A DNA stretch of 64,000 nucleotides from Williopsis jadinii. Lineage: Eukaryota. Every line of letters begins with the position of its first letter. The first letter of the stretch is position 1. Location: positions 434,001 through 498,000 of the forward strand of contig AP024664.1 of NCBI GenBank assembly GCA_024346625.1, given 5' to 3'. A program made the position numbers and the translations under genes. Positions 32,587 through 42,259 of this stretch are shown piece after piece. The notes beneath the pieces were generated by a model. That model did no database searches. It saw nothing but the letters and a program-made list of their open reading frames with translations, and was not told the DNA's origin.

Positions 32587-32984
32587 TGTTGCTTTGCTGA
32601 TTTCAAATCTGTATCGACTTGGTGATTGTGATAAGCGAAGGGAGCGAGAGAAGAGGAAGAAGGAGAAAGTTATTACCACCTCATCGACGTAAAATTTATC
32701 CCATCGGTACCCGGAGTCAAAGTCACGGAAATTTGTTATTAGTGTGGCCTTGAGCGTTATGAGCCCGCGCGACGGGGGAGCGAAGCTGACTCCGCCGGGG
32801 TTATGGTGTCCAGGTGTATGGGTGTCCAGGTGTTCCAGCCTACGCTCCCTAGGCAGGCCAGGGTGCGTACGCAGAAGCAGACAGCCCAGGCAGACCCCGG
32901 GGCACCAGCCCACTTAGGCAGAGAGACAAAAGCATCACCGAGCCCACTTTGACACATAGCTCGACACATGAACAGCATCGACAA

Positions 32985-33701
32985 ATGATAACCAGAGGGC
33001 TCGTGAGGGCCTCATCCACGCTGAGGTTTGCGCCATCGTTGGCGTGCCGTGAGAACCACAGGCCGCCACCAGTGAGAAAAGTCAACCTCGGCTCCATGGT
33101 TGAGTTCATAAGGGATTATGTCCCAGTGGCATTGACACAGCTACCTGATCATGATAGGCTCTCAGATGACATCACGCTAAGGGTTGCACCTACGGTGCAC
33201 CCCAACGTGCCCATGATCAAGGGCCATATGAGCTATGTGACGAGCCTGAAGGCGACACAGCTGATATTCACAACGTTCTTGCTGCATCCGCAGACCCAGC
33301 TACACATCACCGATCTTGAAGTCGATGAGGAAGGAAAGACCGATATATACGGGCTGATACCTGGAAGCACAAAGATCATTGTCAAATGGACCACTTGTCG
33401 CAGAGGATGCCACCATATAAAGGGTGCAACGCCGGCTACGGAGGCCCATCAGCCAGTACAGGCCAAGAGTGATGGCGATGCTCGAAGATTTGATATTGGA
33501 GGCGTGTTGGGGACGCTCTTTGGTGGTTCTAAACCACTGTCCAGTGGCGAAACATCAAAGGAGATCCGTGTCATATTTGGTATCTTTGTATTTGAACTGA
33601 ACCACAACTGTGATAAGATCTTGGTTCATAACCTGGAAAACTTAGACATGCTGGATAAAGAAGACTATAACCAGCTGGGCAATTGGGCTCCAAGCACATG
33701 A
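32985..33701 (+). CDS. Conserved fungal protein with predicted mitochondrial presequence, YGR053C/Mco32-like
   Basis: Arg-rich N-terminus, NLGSMV, LRVAPT.HP..P.IKG...Y, KWTTC, GIFVFEL..CDKILVH. First ATG at 32985. Confidence 0.6.
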   Translation: MITRGLVRASSTLRFAPSLACRENHRPPPVRKVNLGSMVEFIRDYVPVALTQLPDHDRLSDDITLRVAPTVHPNVPMIKGHMSYVTSLKATQLIFTTFLLHPQTQLHITDLEVDEEGKTDIYGLIPGSTKIIVKWTTCRRGCHHIKGATPATEAHQPVQAKSDGDARRFDIGGVLGTLFGGSKPLSSGETSKEIRVIFGIFVFELNHNCDKILVHNLENLDMLDKEDYNQLGNWAPST

Positions 33702-33771
33702 CACGCTACGTCGAACGGGTATAAACACTCGCCCTTGTATATAAAGTTTTGGGTATTATATATATACACTC

Positions 33772-35715
33772 TTACAACTTGTTCTTTGCCTCTGCAATGG
33801 CGTTCACTAGTGCATTTGCATCGTCATCGGTCTTTACCCTCAGCACATACGTTTCAATCTTACCACCTTCAACAACTGGAATGCGAACACCTTTACCAAC
33901 ATTGGTGTACTCTAAGGTTTTCGCAATTGCAGTGTTTAGGATAACACGTTCAGATCCCTCCGCACGTAATAGGAGACGCGCTTTTTCAGTCTCCTTGTGC
34001 TGTAACAATTTGACCTCACCAACACCCTTGGTCTCATATGCTTTTTTCTCAACGTCAAAGTGTAAAAGCTTAGAACGTTTCGTATACAGTACAGTCTCGT
34101 TTTCTTCACCGGTACTTGTAGCCACTTGTTCTTTTAATTCAGTTACAGGTTTGAACTGGACATCTGGCTCAGTTTCATCTGGCTTCTCATCGTCTTTATT
34201 GTCCGAGCTTTGGTTAGTACCCGGTTGTGTGGATCCGCTCATTGTGAAGTTGAACTGGCTCGTTGCTCCTGCAGTTGAACCACCAAAGTTGAATCCATTT
34301 GAGGTTGCACTTGTCGATCCAAATTGAAAAGTTGGCTTATCAGTTGAGGTTGCACTTGTCGATCCAAATTGGAAAGTTGGCTTATCAGTTGACGTTGTCG
34401 TTGATGGTGCTGAAAAGTTGAAAGTGGTTGTTGGCTTAGCACTTGAACTCGTTGCACCAAAGTTGAAAGCAGCTGTAGGGTTTGTAGATGTAGAACCAAA
34501 GTTAAAGGTAGCTGTTGGTTTAGCAACCTCCCCTTCGGTTTTTTCTTCGGTCTTCTTTTCATCTGTGGAACCAAAGTTGAAAGTGGAACCTGTTGAACCG
34601 AATTTGAAGGCTGGTTCAGCTGCTTCATTTTTAGCATCTGGTTTAGACGCTGTCACATTCGAACCAAATTGGAAAGTTGGTTTGCTCTGATCATCTTTAC
34701 CAGTTTCTAGCGGCTTACTTGGTGACCAAGTAAAGCTGTTTGTTGTGGTCTCCAAAGCAGGTTTACTTGCAGGTTTAATCTCAACTTTAGCCTCAGTTTT
34801 CGCTTCAGGCTTCAATTTGAAAACGCTATCTGATTTTCCAGTTGAAGTAAAGGTAAAAGTTGGTCCTGTACCAGAACTCTTTTGTGTAGTAGCGTCATTT
34901 GACAATTTGAAGACGGAGTCCGTTGTGGTTGGAGGTTTCTCAAGTGTGAACTTTGGCCCTTCAACTTTAACGCTATCGTCTGAATCATCCGAATCGATCT
35001 CAATGGCGGCATCCTCCTTCTCCTTAGGTTCTTCTGTACTTGTCTCCTTAGTAATTGGTTTAGAACCAAAGTTGAAAACTGGTAATGAAGGTGCTGCAGT
35101 TGCAGTCGTAGTTGTGGAGCCAAAGCTGAAACTTGGTGACACAGACGGTGTTGACTTTTTCTCCTCGGGTGAATCCTCAATCGCCCTCCTCTGCGGTTGT
35201 TCCAATTGCTGCTGTGCACTGGTGGTCTCTTCAGCATCCATATCCACATCTCTATCAATCTTGTCGTAATAGTCAATGTACTTCTTCAAGATCGGCGTGA
35301 AATTGGACACTGGGTTGGCACCCTTCTCCTTGGTGATCTTATCGTAAAAGTTGTCGTTCAACGCTTTGATCTTCGAAGCCTTCTCCACGGATTTGCTCGA
35401 TGCCACTGGTTGAACTTCTTTCTTTGGTGCAAACATACTAAATGCATTGGTCTTTGGAGCTTCAGCAACAGCGCTGGCGCCAGCGTTGGTGCCAGCGTTG
35501 GAGCCGCCGTTACCAAACTGGAACGTTGGGAATGCCTTGGCTGTGGAAACACCGCCGGTCTTCCCCAATCTACCCCTAGGCTTTAAGATCTTTCTCTTTG
35601 CCAGGACATCTGCTGAAGCCTTCATTGGCTGCGATGGAACTCCTTCTTCATCATCGTCATCATCCCTGTAATTCTCCCTGGTGATCTGCTCGGATGCACC
35701 GCGCTTACCAGACAT
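33772..35715 (-). CDS. NUP2: Nucleoporin Nup2 (Nup50 N-terminus, FxFG repeats, RanBD1)
   Basis: KRGASEQITREN...KASADVLAKRKILKPR, many FNFG/FQFG repeats, and a C-terminal Ran-binding domain (TGEENE..LYTKRSKL, KGVGEVKLL). Confidence 0.93.
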   Translation of the reverse strand: MSGKRGASEQITRENYRDDDDDEEGVPSQPMKASADVLAKRKILKPRGRLGKTGGVSTAKAFPTFQFGNGGSNAGTNAGASAVAEAPKTNAFSMFAPKKEVQPVASSKSVEKASKIKALNDNFYDKITKEKGANPVSNFTPILKKYIDYYDKIDRDVDMDAEETTSAQQQLEQPQRRAIEDSPEEKKSTPSVSPSFSFGSTTTTATAAPSLPVFNFGSKPITKETSTEEPKEKEDAAIEIDSDDSDDSVKVEGPKFTLEKPPTTTDSVFKLSNDATTQKSSGTGPTFTFTSTGKSDSVFKLKPEAKTEAKVEIKPASKPALETTTNSFTWSPSKPLETGKDDQSKPTFQFGSNVTASKPDAKNEAAEPAFKFGSTGSTFNFGSTDEKKTEEKTEGEVAKPTATFNFGSTSTNPTAAFNFGATSSSAKPTTTFNFSAPSTTTSTDKPTFQFGSTSATSTDKPTFQFGSTSATSNGFNFGGSTAGATSQFNFTMSGSTQPGTNQSSDNKDDEKPDETEPDVQFKPVTELKEQVATSTGEENETVLYTKRSKLLHFDVEKKAYETKGVGEVKLLQHKETEKARLLLRAEGSERVILNTAIAKTLEYTNVGKGVRIPVVEGGKIETYVLRVKTDDDANALVNAIAEAKNKL

Positions 35716-35864
35716 CGTCAATAGTTAACCGCTGTGTTCAACGAATACGTAAACAGAGATAAACTACCGATTGTAGTTGTTGTTGATGTTTGTTGTTTGT
35801 TTGTTTACCAAAGGAAAGCGGGCAAAGAAAAATATTTGAAGCATTCACAGTAGGGTAACAGGCA

Positions 35865-35990
35865 GTTGTTTTTTAGGGCTCCAGTGAGGCTTTCATGTAC
35901 ACGTGATGTGACATAGGGCTTTGCACAACTTTTTGCTTTTTCTTCATTTCCAGCGTCCCCCCTCGAAAAATGTCCGGGTGTACACGCGCT
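35865..35990. promoter_or_regulatory. NUP2/RPS25 divergent promoter with Tbf1-like, Cbf1 and Rap1-like motifs
   Basis: TTAGGGCT 35873-35880, CACGTGA 35900-35906, ATAGGGCT 35913-35920, ATGTCCGGGTGT 35970-35981, followed by a poly-T tract. Confidence 0.45.
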
Positions 35991-36098
35991 TTTTTTTGGT
36001 CCGCTCACAACATCGCCAAAACTCTTTGAAATCTCTTCACAGTTTCTGTCCTTCCATCTTACTGTTCCTGTTTTGAGTAGACAGAATCATCAGCAAAA

Positions 36099-36441
36099 GT
36101 ATGTTGTTTGAAAGCAAGATGGGAATGACGTTGGAAGGGGAACATAGATGATGGCGAGGAACGTGAAGAGGGAATATCAACATGGAGAATGACCGCTTGA
36201 AGCTCGCTGAAGAACACCGTTGGTGGCACCTGTCCTCTGTGTGCGTTGCTTTGTTGAACTATTAGATTGAAAGACCACAGTGATGTAGTGACATGAAACG
36301 AAAGCGATGAAACCAATACAGGGACAAGGGACTGGAGTGATGGCACAGGATTCACCATATCAGCAGAGGGCCCGCCTCCATCGTCATGACCGATCTTACA
36401 TCTTCTCACTAGAAGCAATTACTAACCGTAATTTCACATAG
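36099..36441 (+). other. 5'-UTR intron of RPS25
   Basis: GTATGT 36099, TACTAAC 36420-36426, TAG 36439-36441 immediately before the ATG. S. cerevisiae RPS25A/B also have 5'-UTR introns. Confidence 0.88.
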
Positions 36442-36768
36442 ATGCCTCCAAAAATTCAACAATCCAAGGCTGCTAAAGCTGCTGCTGCCATGGCCGGTGG
36501 TAAGAAGTCCAAGAAGAAATGGTCCAAAGGTCGTGTTAAAGACAAAGCTCAACACGCCATCATGCTTGACCAGGACAAATTCGACAGAATTATCAAGGAG
36601 GTTCCAACTTTCAGATTCATCTCTGTCTCCATCCTTGTTGACCGTATGAAAATTGGTGGTTCCCTTGCCCGTGTCGCCATCAAGCACTTGGAGAACGAGG
36701 GTTTGATTAAGCCAGTCTCCAAGCACGCTACCCAATTGATCTACGTCCGTGCTACCTCTTCCGAGTAA
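36442..36768 (+). CDS. RPS25: 40S ribosomal protein eS25
   Basis: [30 protein letters not shown]...KIGGSLAR. Confidence 0.97.
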   Translation: MPPKIQQSKAAKAAAAMAGGKKSKKKWSKGRVKDKAQHAIMLDQDKFDRIIKEVPTFRFISVSILVDRMKIGGSLARVAIKHLENEGLIKPVSKHATQLIYVRATSSE

Positions 36769-37004
36769 ATACGGGTGTCACATTAATGTACATTTATAAC
36801 GGTTTGGACTGATTTTGTAGTGATCTGGGGCATAAAACAGTGCTAAATTATCACAAAATACACCTAGTAATCGGCAAAGGAGGTGATTATACCATCATTC
36901 GGCCATGGAGAAGCCATCAACCATAGTGAAACCCAATGGCACTCGGCTCATCTGGCGAGTTTGCCCATACAAACACCATCAAGTTGCCCTAAAATCTCAA
37001 GTCT

Positions 37005-37060
37005 GAGTGAAAAATTTCGCGGGCGTATCCGGGTACGTTAAAACCACTGAAAATTTTTCC
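37005..37060 (+). promoter_or_regulatory. snoRNA-cluster promoter with two RRPE elements and a Reb1-like site
   Basis: TGAAAAATTT ~37009, TCCGGGTA ~37028, TGAAAATTTTT ~37048. Confidence 0.6.
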
Positions 37061-37204
37061 AATTCGAATCCTTCTTCTCTTTCCATTTCTGTTGGTTCTA
37101 TACCAAGTGATCGGTGGGGGTTTCCCACCGGTTTCATGGTAAAACGATGAAGGTAAGTTGTGATAACCCTCTACATCATATGGCGTTGTTCTCTTGTCGA
37201 TTCA

Positions 37205-37295
37205 ATTGGATGATTATACAATTTTATTGGGAATCTCTCTGAGGAAGTATATGCAGGACATAATAAAATTTTAGGAATTCTTCGTTTATGACTTT
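37205..37295 (+). ncRNA. SNR57: Box C/D snoRNA snR57 (18S G1572-equivalent guide) with an extra D' guide
   Basis: C box ATGATTA 37210, D' CTGA 37239, internal GAGGAAGTATATGCAGGACAT, guide TAGGAATTCTTCGTT (pairs with 18S AACGAGGAAUUCCUA), D box variant ATGA 37288-37291. Confidence 0.82.
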
Positions 37296-37429
37296 TGTTT
37301 CGAGACGAGCGTGTGCAATTCACTGGTGTGGTGTGGCTCTTGTGCCTTGTGCTGTGTTACTAACACTGTGTTTAGTATGTATGAATGGCGTTGACGAGGT
37401 GGAGTCAGCTGTACTCGGAAGGACTTATG

Positions 37430-37513
37430 ACCCATTGATGAAAACTCTCCCTTTTTATCCCGGTGAGTTCTTTACATGATCCATGGATAATACATGCATC
37501 ACCATCTGAGAGT
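37430..37513 (+). ncRNA. SNR55: Box C/D snoRNA snR55 (18S Um guide)
   Basis: TTGATGA 37435, TTTTTATCCCGG, CCATGGA, guide CATGCATCACCA (pairs with 18S UGGUGGUGCAUG), CTGA 37506-37509. Confidence 0.87.
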
Positions 37514-37621
37514 TCCAAAGTGTCCATTCTGTACAGCTGCCCTTGCATTGGAGGTGAGAACCGTCCAACTAACATTGTGACAGAGTAAGTTATAAGTGCT
37601 TTGAATCGAGGGAATATGATA

Positions 37622-37709
37622 ATCTTATGATGAAAACCAATATATCAGTTCTGCTTCTGAGAATACAGGAAGATAACCCTAAATACCAAAAGCTCAATTA
37701 TCTGATTGG
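37622..37709 (+). ncRNA. SNR61: Box C/D snoRNA snR61 (25S A1133-equivalent guide)
   Basis: ATGATGA 37627, guide CAGTTCTGCTT before D' CTGA 37657 (pairs with 25S AAGCAGAACUG), AGGAAGATAACC, terminal CTGA 37702-37705. Confidence 0.88.
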
Positions 37710-37839
37710 ATTTATCAATCCGTGATTCACACTCTTGTTTCTCCTATAATGGGTTTACTAACATAAACAATAGAGTAAATATCAAAAAAAAAAGCATATA
37801 ATTCACATAAAAGAAAGACATGTAGTAATCACAGTGAAA

Positions 37840-39333
37840 TCAGCCCTGTGTGGAATCAATGGCATCTTGTGCCCTTTTCTGTAACTCATCCAGCTCCTGT
37901 TTAACATTGCTGAGGTTACTGCCGTTGTTGGTTTCACCTTTGATCTGCTTCGCCTTCGCAATCAACTGTTCACGGGCATCAAGTGCATGTGCTCTGCTTG
38001 GGGTTGAAGGTGACTGTGGTGTTCCCTGCTGTTGGAAAGTGGAAGCTTCAGCCTGTTTCGGTGTTCTTAGACCTTGTGGATTCACAGCAACTCCAGCACT
38101 CTTCAAAGAACTACTCGTTGTTTGGGTGCCAGCTGGCTTAACAGAGGACTGAGATGTTGTTGTTCCGACACGTGACGTTGGAACATTTGGCAACGATTCC
38201 TTTGAAGAGGTCTTCAACGGAGACTTGTCTGGAATTGGTGGAACAGACTTCTGGAACCCTTTACCAACCTTAACGTCACCTTCTGAGAACCCAGCTGATG
38301 AGTTCTTGATGTCCTGTGATTCCCTGCCTGCCTGTAGCCCAGCAGAATATGCACCAGCTTTGAAGTTACGCTCGTATATCTGCTCAGGAGTCTCGTCGCC
38401 TTTACCAACACCAGCGTAGATATTACTGGCCTTGCTCTCTGGTAACTTGGCACCATAACTAGGCTTCTCAGTGCGGTTAACAACCTGGCCAATTGGCAGA
38501 GGGTTTTTATCATCTTTCAACACGGAGCCTTGTTTGCTATGGTCAATATTGGCATCCGCTTTCACTGGTGGCTCCTCGGTCAAGCCTTCCTCGTGGGTTC
38601 TCTTCGTCTGGGATCTTCTAAATTCGACAAAGCCCTTTGACTTATCCCAATACGGCTTGATTGCAGACTTGTTGTTCTTCATGAACTTGTCGTCGACAAG
38701 GTTCATAATCTTAAGCAACCCAGATTGAGTATACGGAGAGAAATTCACACGAAGCCAATAAAATCCCAGGTACAACGCCAGGGCATAACCAGAGGTTCCT
38801 CTGAACAAGAGCGTGTCGACAATCAGCACCACGATGATGACAAACTCTGCCATCGTAACAACCTCTCCCAATTGGTTCTGCAATTTCAAAACAGCTTCAA
38901 TTTTGAACTCAGATGACAGTTGCAATAGAGAAATCACCAAATAAGGGGCCAATTTGAACGCTGAAGGTCTTGAAAAGATCCAAATCATTGCAATCACCAT
39001 GAGCTGGAAGTTCTCAGTAGCCAACAAGGTAGAGTATGGTGGAATCACAGAGCCAAACGTTGTCAACACAGTAATTGAATAGGCTGCAAACACGCCTACC
39101 AAGCTCAAAACGTAACATATTCTCGGAGTCCATCTCCACGTTCTTAGAAACCATTTCAGCACGTAAAACACCAGATAAATTGAGCCAAACACAAGCGTCG
39201 AACCGTGTCCAGCCAACCACACGTACTTCTTGATAGGTGCTGGTGGCTTCGGCTTCTTGACGAGCACCTTGCGCGTATGCTGCGACCCTTCACGGGCACG
39301 AATAACTGTTTCTGGGTCCAATGCCTCTGCCAT
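37840..39333 (-). CDS. Pom33/Per33 (TMEM33) family membrane protein with an extended hydrophilic tail
   Basis: YVWLAGH, LLATENFQ, KLAPY..ISLL, LLFRGTSG..L..YLGFYWLRVNFSPY. ATG at 39333 (MAEALDP). Confidence 0.8.
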   Translation of the reverse strand: MAEALDPETVIRAREGSQHTRKVLVKKPKPPAPIKKYVWLAGHGSTLVFGSIYLVFYVLKWFLRTWRWTPRICYVLSLVGVFAAYSITVLTTFGSVIPPYSTLLATENFQLMVIAMIWIFSRPSAFKLAPYLVISLLQLSSEFKIEAVLKLQNQLGEVVTMAEFVIIVVLIVDTLLFRGTSGYALALYLGFYWLRVNFSPYTQSGLLKIMNLVDDKFMKNNKSAIKPYWDKSKGFVEFRRSQTKRTHEEGLTEEPPVKADANIDHSKQGSVLKDDKNPLPIGQVVNRTEKPSYGAKLPESKASNIYAGVGKGDETPEQIYERNFKAGAYSAGLQAGRESQDIKNSSAGFSEGDVKVGKGFQKSVPPIPDKSPLKTSSKESLPNVPTSRVGTTTSQSSVKPAGTQTTSSSLKSAGVAVNPQGLRTPKQAEASTFQQQGTPQSPSTPSRAHALDAREQLIAKAKQIKGETNNGSNLSNVKQELDELQKRAQDAIDSTQG

Positions 39334-39580
39334 GCTGTTCCTATGGCACCTTCGTATCGATTGAGCACTGGGACTGACGCCTTTTACCCTTAGTTTGCTA
39401 CGAATAGGCTTGTAGGAAACATGGAATTTCAGCTGGGATGGGAGTCCGTGAAGCTTCGCCTGTAGGAGTGCGCCTACCGTATGGCGTGGCTGTACCGGCC
39501 CTTCCATGCCGTTACCGCGGTTACTCTATTTTCCCTCATCTGGCCATCTACGTCTAATTTAAGCGACTTTCCATCATCAT

Positions 39581-41164
39581 TTATAGCCCATATTTAAAGA
39601 ATGGGGACCTGTTTCCCATTCTAAACAGCTCGAGATCGGTCTTGTCGTCGTACTTGCCCATTCTCAGCTCTTTTTCCGCTCTCCTGTTGCTTCTTGTGTA
39701 GCCAATTTGGAGCACTATGACGTTGATGACAGCCAGACAGGCAAACCCGAGGCAGAGAGCATGGCCGACTTGATACTTGCCAGGCCTGTAGAAGTTGGCA
39801 GCAGCAGCTCCACCGAAGTTGCCGATTCCAATCTGGCAGGCCATTGCAATGGCTCTTTTCCGTGGGTTGGCGAAGTTGATTGCGACCCACGAGATTATGC
39901 CTGGGAATAACGATACGAGGCCAACTGCAGAGACATACAGAGAGGCATAGATCAGACCCGGGGTCCCGCTCAATTGTCCAGCAAGAGCCATGGAGAAGCC
40001 GGCCAGGACGAAGACCAGGTCACCGAGCACGAAGAAGGATCTGACGCCAACACGATCAACAACAAAGGCTTGGATCACTGCACACGTCGCTGCCAACACA
40101 TACACAGGTACTGTCATCAGCTGTGCTTTCCCTGCGGTGTAACCTAGTGCGTAAATGACAGAAGGTCCGAATAACGAGATAGCATATGTTGGACAGATGA
40201 TGCCCCAGTATACCAGTATGTGGAAATAGATCGCAGGGTCTCTGACCACTGCGATGAGCGACTGTTTCATTGAGATGTCATCTTGTTCCGTGAATTTGGT
40301 GAAGTCAGGCTTGGCCCTGGATGATTCGCTAAAGGCATGGATCTTTGCATCCATATCCTTGTAGTTACCATCCGTCTTCAGTCTCCAGACGACGAACTCA
40401 CGCTCTCTCGGTGTGAGGAACTTGGCAGTGTCTGGGTAGTCAGGTAGCAGCCAAAATGCACTGATCGCAACAAGAACTGTCACTATGCCTTCGAGGATAA
40501 AGATCCATCTCCACCCTTCATATCCTCCAACACCGTCCATCTTTGCAATGGCAAAGGCGAGGATCCCAGAAAAGGCACCAGCCACTGAAGATGCGCAGTA
40601 GAAAATGGCCTGACGAGATTGCATCTCTCTTTTGGCGTAGTACATCGTTAATCCATAGGTAACACCAGGATAGAGTCCAGCCTCAAAGATCCCCAGCAGT
40701 AATCTCAAGCTGAATAAGCCGGCAAATCCTTGAACAAACCCCATACATGTCATAACTACACCCCAGAGAACCATTATGGTTGGGATGAAGATTGATTGTC
40801 TTCCGATGAGTTTGAGGATGTAGTTCGAAGGAATCTCAAAGGCTGAATACGTTAAGAAGAAAATTGTCAAACACCAGTTGAATTGAGAAGTTGAGAGGCC
40901 AAGGCTTGCCTCCAAACCTTCAATTTTGGCATTGCCGATGTTACTTCTATCCAGGTTGGATAACAAGTACAGTAGTGAAACCAAGGGTAATAGCCGAAGG
41001 TCAATCTTGCGCAGTACCTTTGCCTCATCGACATCTGAGAAATCTTCACTTTCCTCAGATGATGACGATACGTTGTCCTCAACGACAGTTGGGGAGTTCA
41101 GAGTGTCCACCTTCTCGATGAACTGCTCTTCTGGCTTGTCGAGTGAGATAATTGAGTCTGTCAT
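39581..41164 (-). CDS. MFS permease, anion:cation symporter (Tna1/Dal5) family
   Basis: RKIDLRLLP, LDRSNIGNAKI, FEIPSN, RLLLGIFEAG, GWRWIFILEG, LPDYP; about 12 TM helices. First ATG at 41164. Confidence 0.9.
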   Translation of the reverse strand: MTDSIISLDKPEEQFIEKVDTLNSPTVVEDNVSSSSEESEDFSDVDEAKVLRKIDLRLLPLVSLLYLLSNLDRSNIGNAKIEGLEASLGLSTSQFNWCLTIFFLTYSAFEIPSNYILKLIGRQSIFIPTIMVLWGVVMTCMGFVQGFAGLFSLRLLLGIFEAGLYPGVTYGLTMYYAKREMQSRQAIFYCASSVAGAFSGILAFAIAKMDGVGGYEGWRWIFILEGIVTVLVAISAFWLLPDYPDTAKFLTPREREFVVWRLKTDGNYKDMDAKIHAFSESSRAKPDFTKFTEQDDISMKQSLIAVVRDPAIYFHILVYWGIICPTYAISLFGPSVIYALGYTAGKAQLMTVPVYVLAATCAVIQAFVVDRVGVRSFFVLGDLVFVLAGFSMALAGQLSGTPGLIYASLYVSAVGLVSLFPGIISWVAINFANPRKRAIAMACQIGIGNFGGAAAANFYRPGKYQVGHALCLGFACLAVINVIVLQIGYTRSNRRAEKELRMGKYDDKTDLELFRMGNRSPFFKYGL

Positions 41165-42259
41165 GCTGTGCTGCACGGTTGCTTGTTACCATGGCAGAAC
41201 TCCACGTCCATACCTCCATTCACCTTCCTTTTATAACGCTGATTAGCTCAGATGCCTTGATGAAAACACAGTCACTCTCCACTACGTCCCTCACCTATTG
41301 TTGTACCTCCTCTTTTTTCTTCTTCAGCGGAGCAGTCACCGTTCCAAGTCCTTTTGATATCAACACCTCGGTTAATTCATCATCAACTAAACACGCTCAT
41401 TGAGGAGTAGTAATGCCACTGCGTAGAGGTCCCTCCTCTTTCCATATCCATCTACTTATGCAACAATTTGGGGTAATTCCAAACAGGGTTTAAGCGGACA
41501 TATGCAACTACTAAGCACTATCTAGCAGATCTTAGTTGATTGTTGGTAAGGGAAAGTCGAGATGCATAATGAATAATGATTGCTTCTCTGGGCAAAAAAG
41601 CACACATCCAGGAAACAGAATTGTTGGGGGAGGCTGGTGTATGACGATGAACAATCTCCGCTTTCCACGAGGTGTCACGTTTGAAATATCACTCAGAAGA
41701 GAATGGCTCCGTTTTTCCAACTCAATTGATGCTTTCTTAGTCAGAATAATTGAGTATGTTTTGCTGTCCTTCTCCCTCCAGCAATAGCACTGCGTACTGT
41801 CATGCCATCCAGAGTTGTACATGATGCAATGCAAAACCCGGGGTAACTTTCGTAGAGAGCATTTTAGTTAACCAATTACGTGTCAAAGGAGATTCAATAC
41901 GACTTCTAATAGAGAGAGCAACAGCTACGAAACATCTGGTGGCTCTAGCTCGTAAAACAGTGTCACCTCCCCCAATTCTCCTAACTACCAGGTTCAAAAG
42001 TGGCTTGTCTGCTCTCAACGGAGGGGATGGACGCTGCGTCAAAGATCGGCGGACAAATTCATCATTTTAAGCGTCACATAGCGGACTTATATGCGTATAT
42101 ACCACGTTTTATTGGTCATTGCTTAGTAGAGCTGATTTTTACAGTTGGGGTTTGCTGAATAACTCGTCCTCTTTTCTGATAACGGTGGAGGGAATGTTAC
42201 TTCTTGGACATCGATATTGGTTATTCGATGGCCAAGACGACTACTTCGAGTGTTGAATC

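Larger units (their letters stand above)
37090..37800 (+). ncRNA. Non-coding snoRNA host transcript with three introns (37153-37375, 37379-37583, 37585-37773); transcript ends approximate
   Basis: Donors GTAAGT, GTATGA, GTAAGT. Branch points TACTAAC 37358, AACTAAC 37567, TACTAAC 37756. Acceptors TAG, CAG, TAG. Each intron contains one C/D snoRNA and there is no meaningful ORF. Confidence 0.75.

Noticed and set aside
32587..32913. 109-aa N-terminal extension of Ade13
   Set aside because: It begins at a non-ATG codon and runs through promoter motifs. Homology starts at ATG 32586. The ORF-track extensions of the POM33-like gene, AIM45, RAD18 and DAD3 were trimmed because homology likewise starts at the downstream ATG.
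37288..37479. 63-aa ORF in the snoRNA cluster
   Set aside because: It overlaps snR57 box D, splice signals and snR55, so it is incidental.
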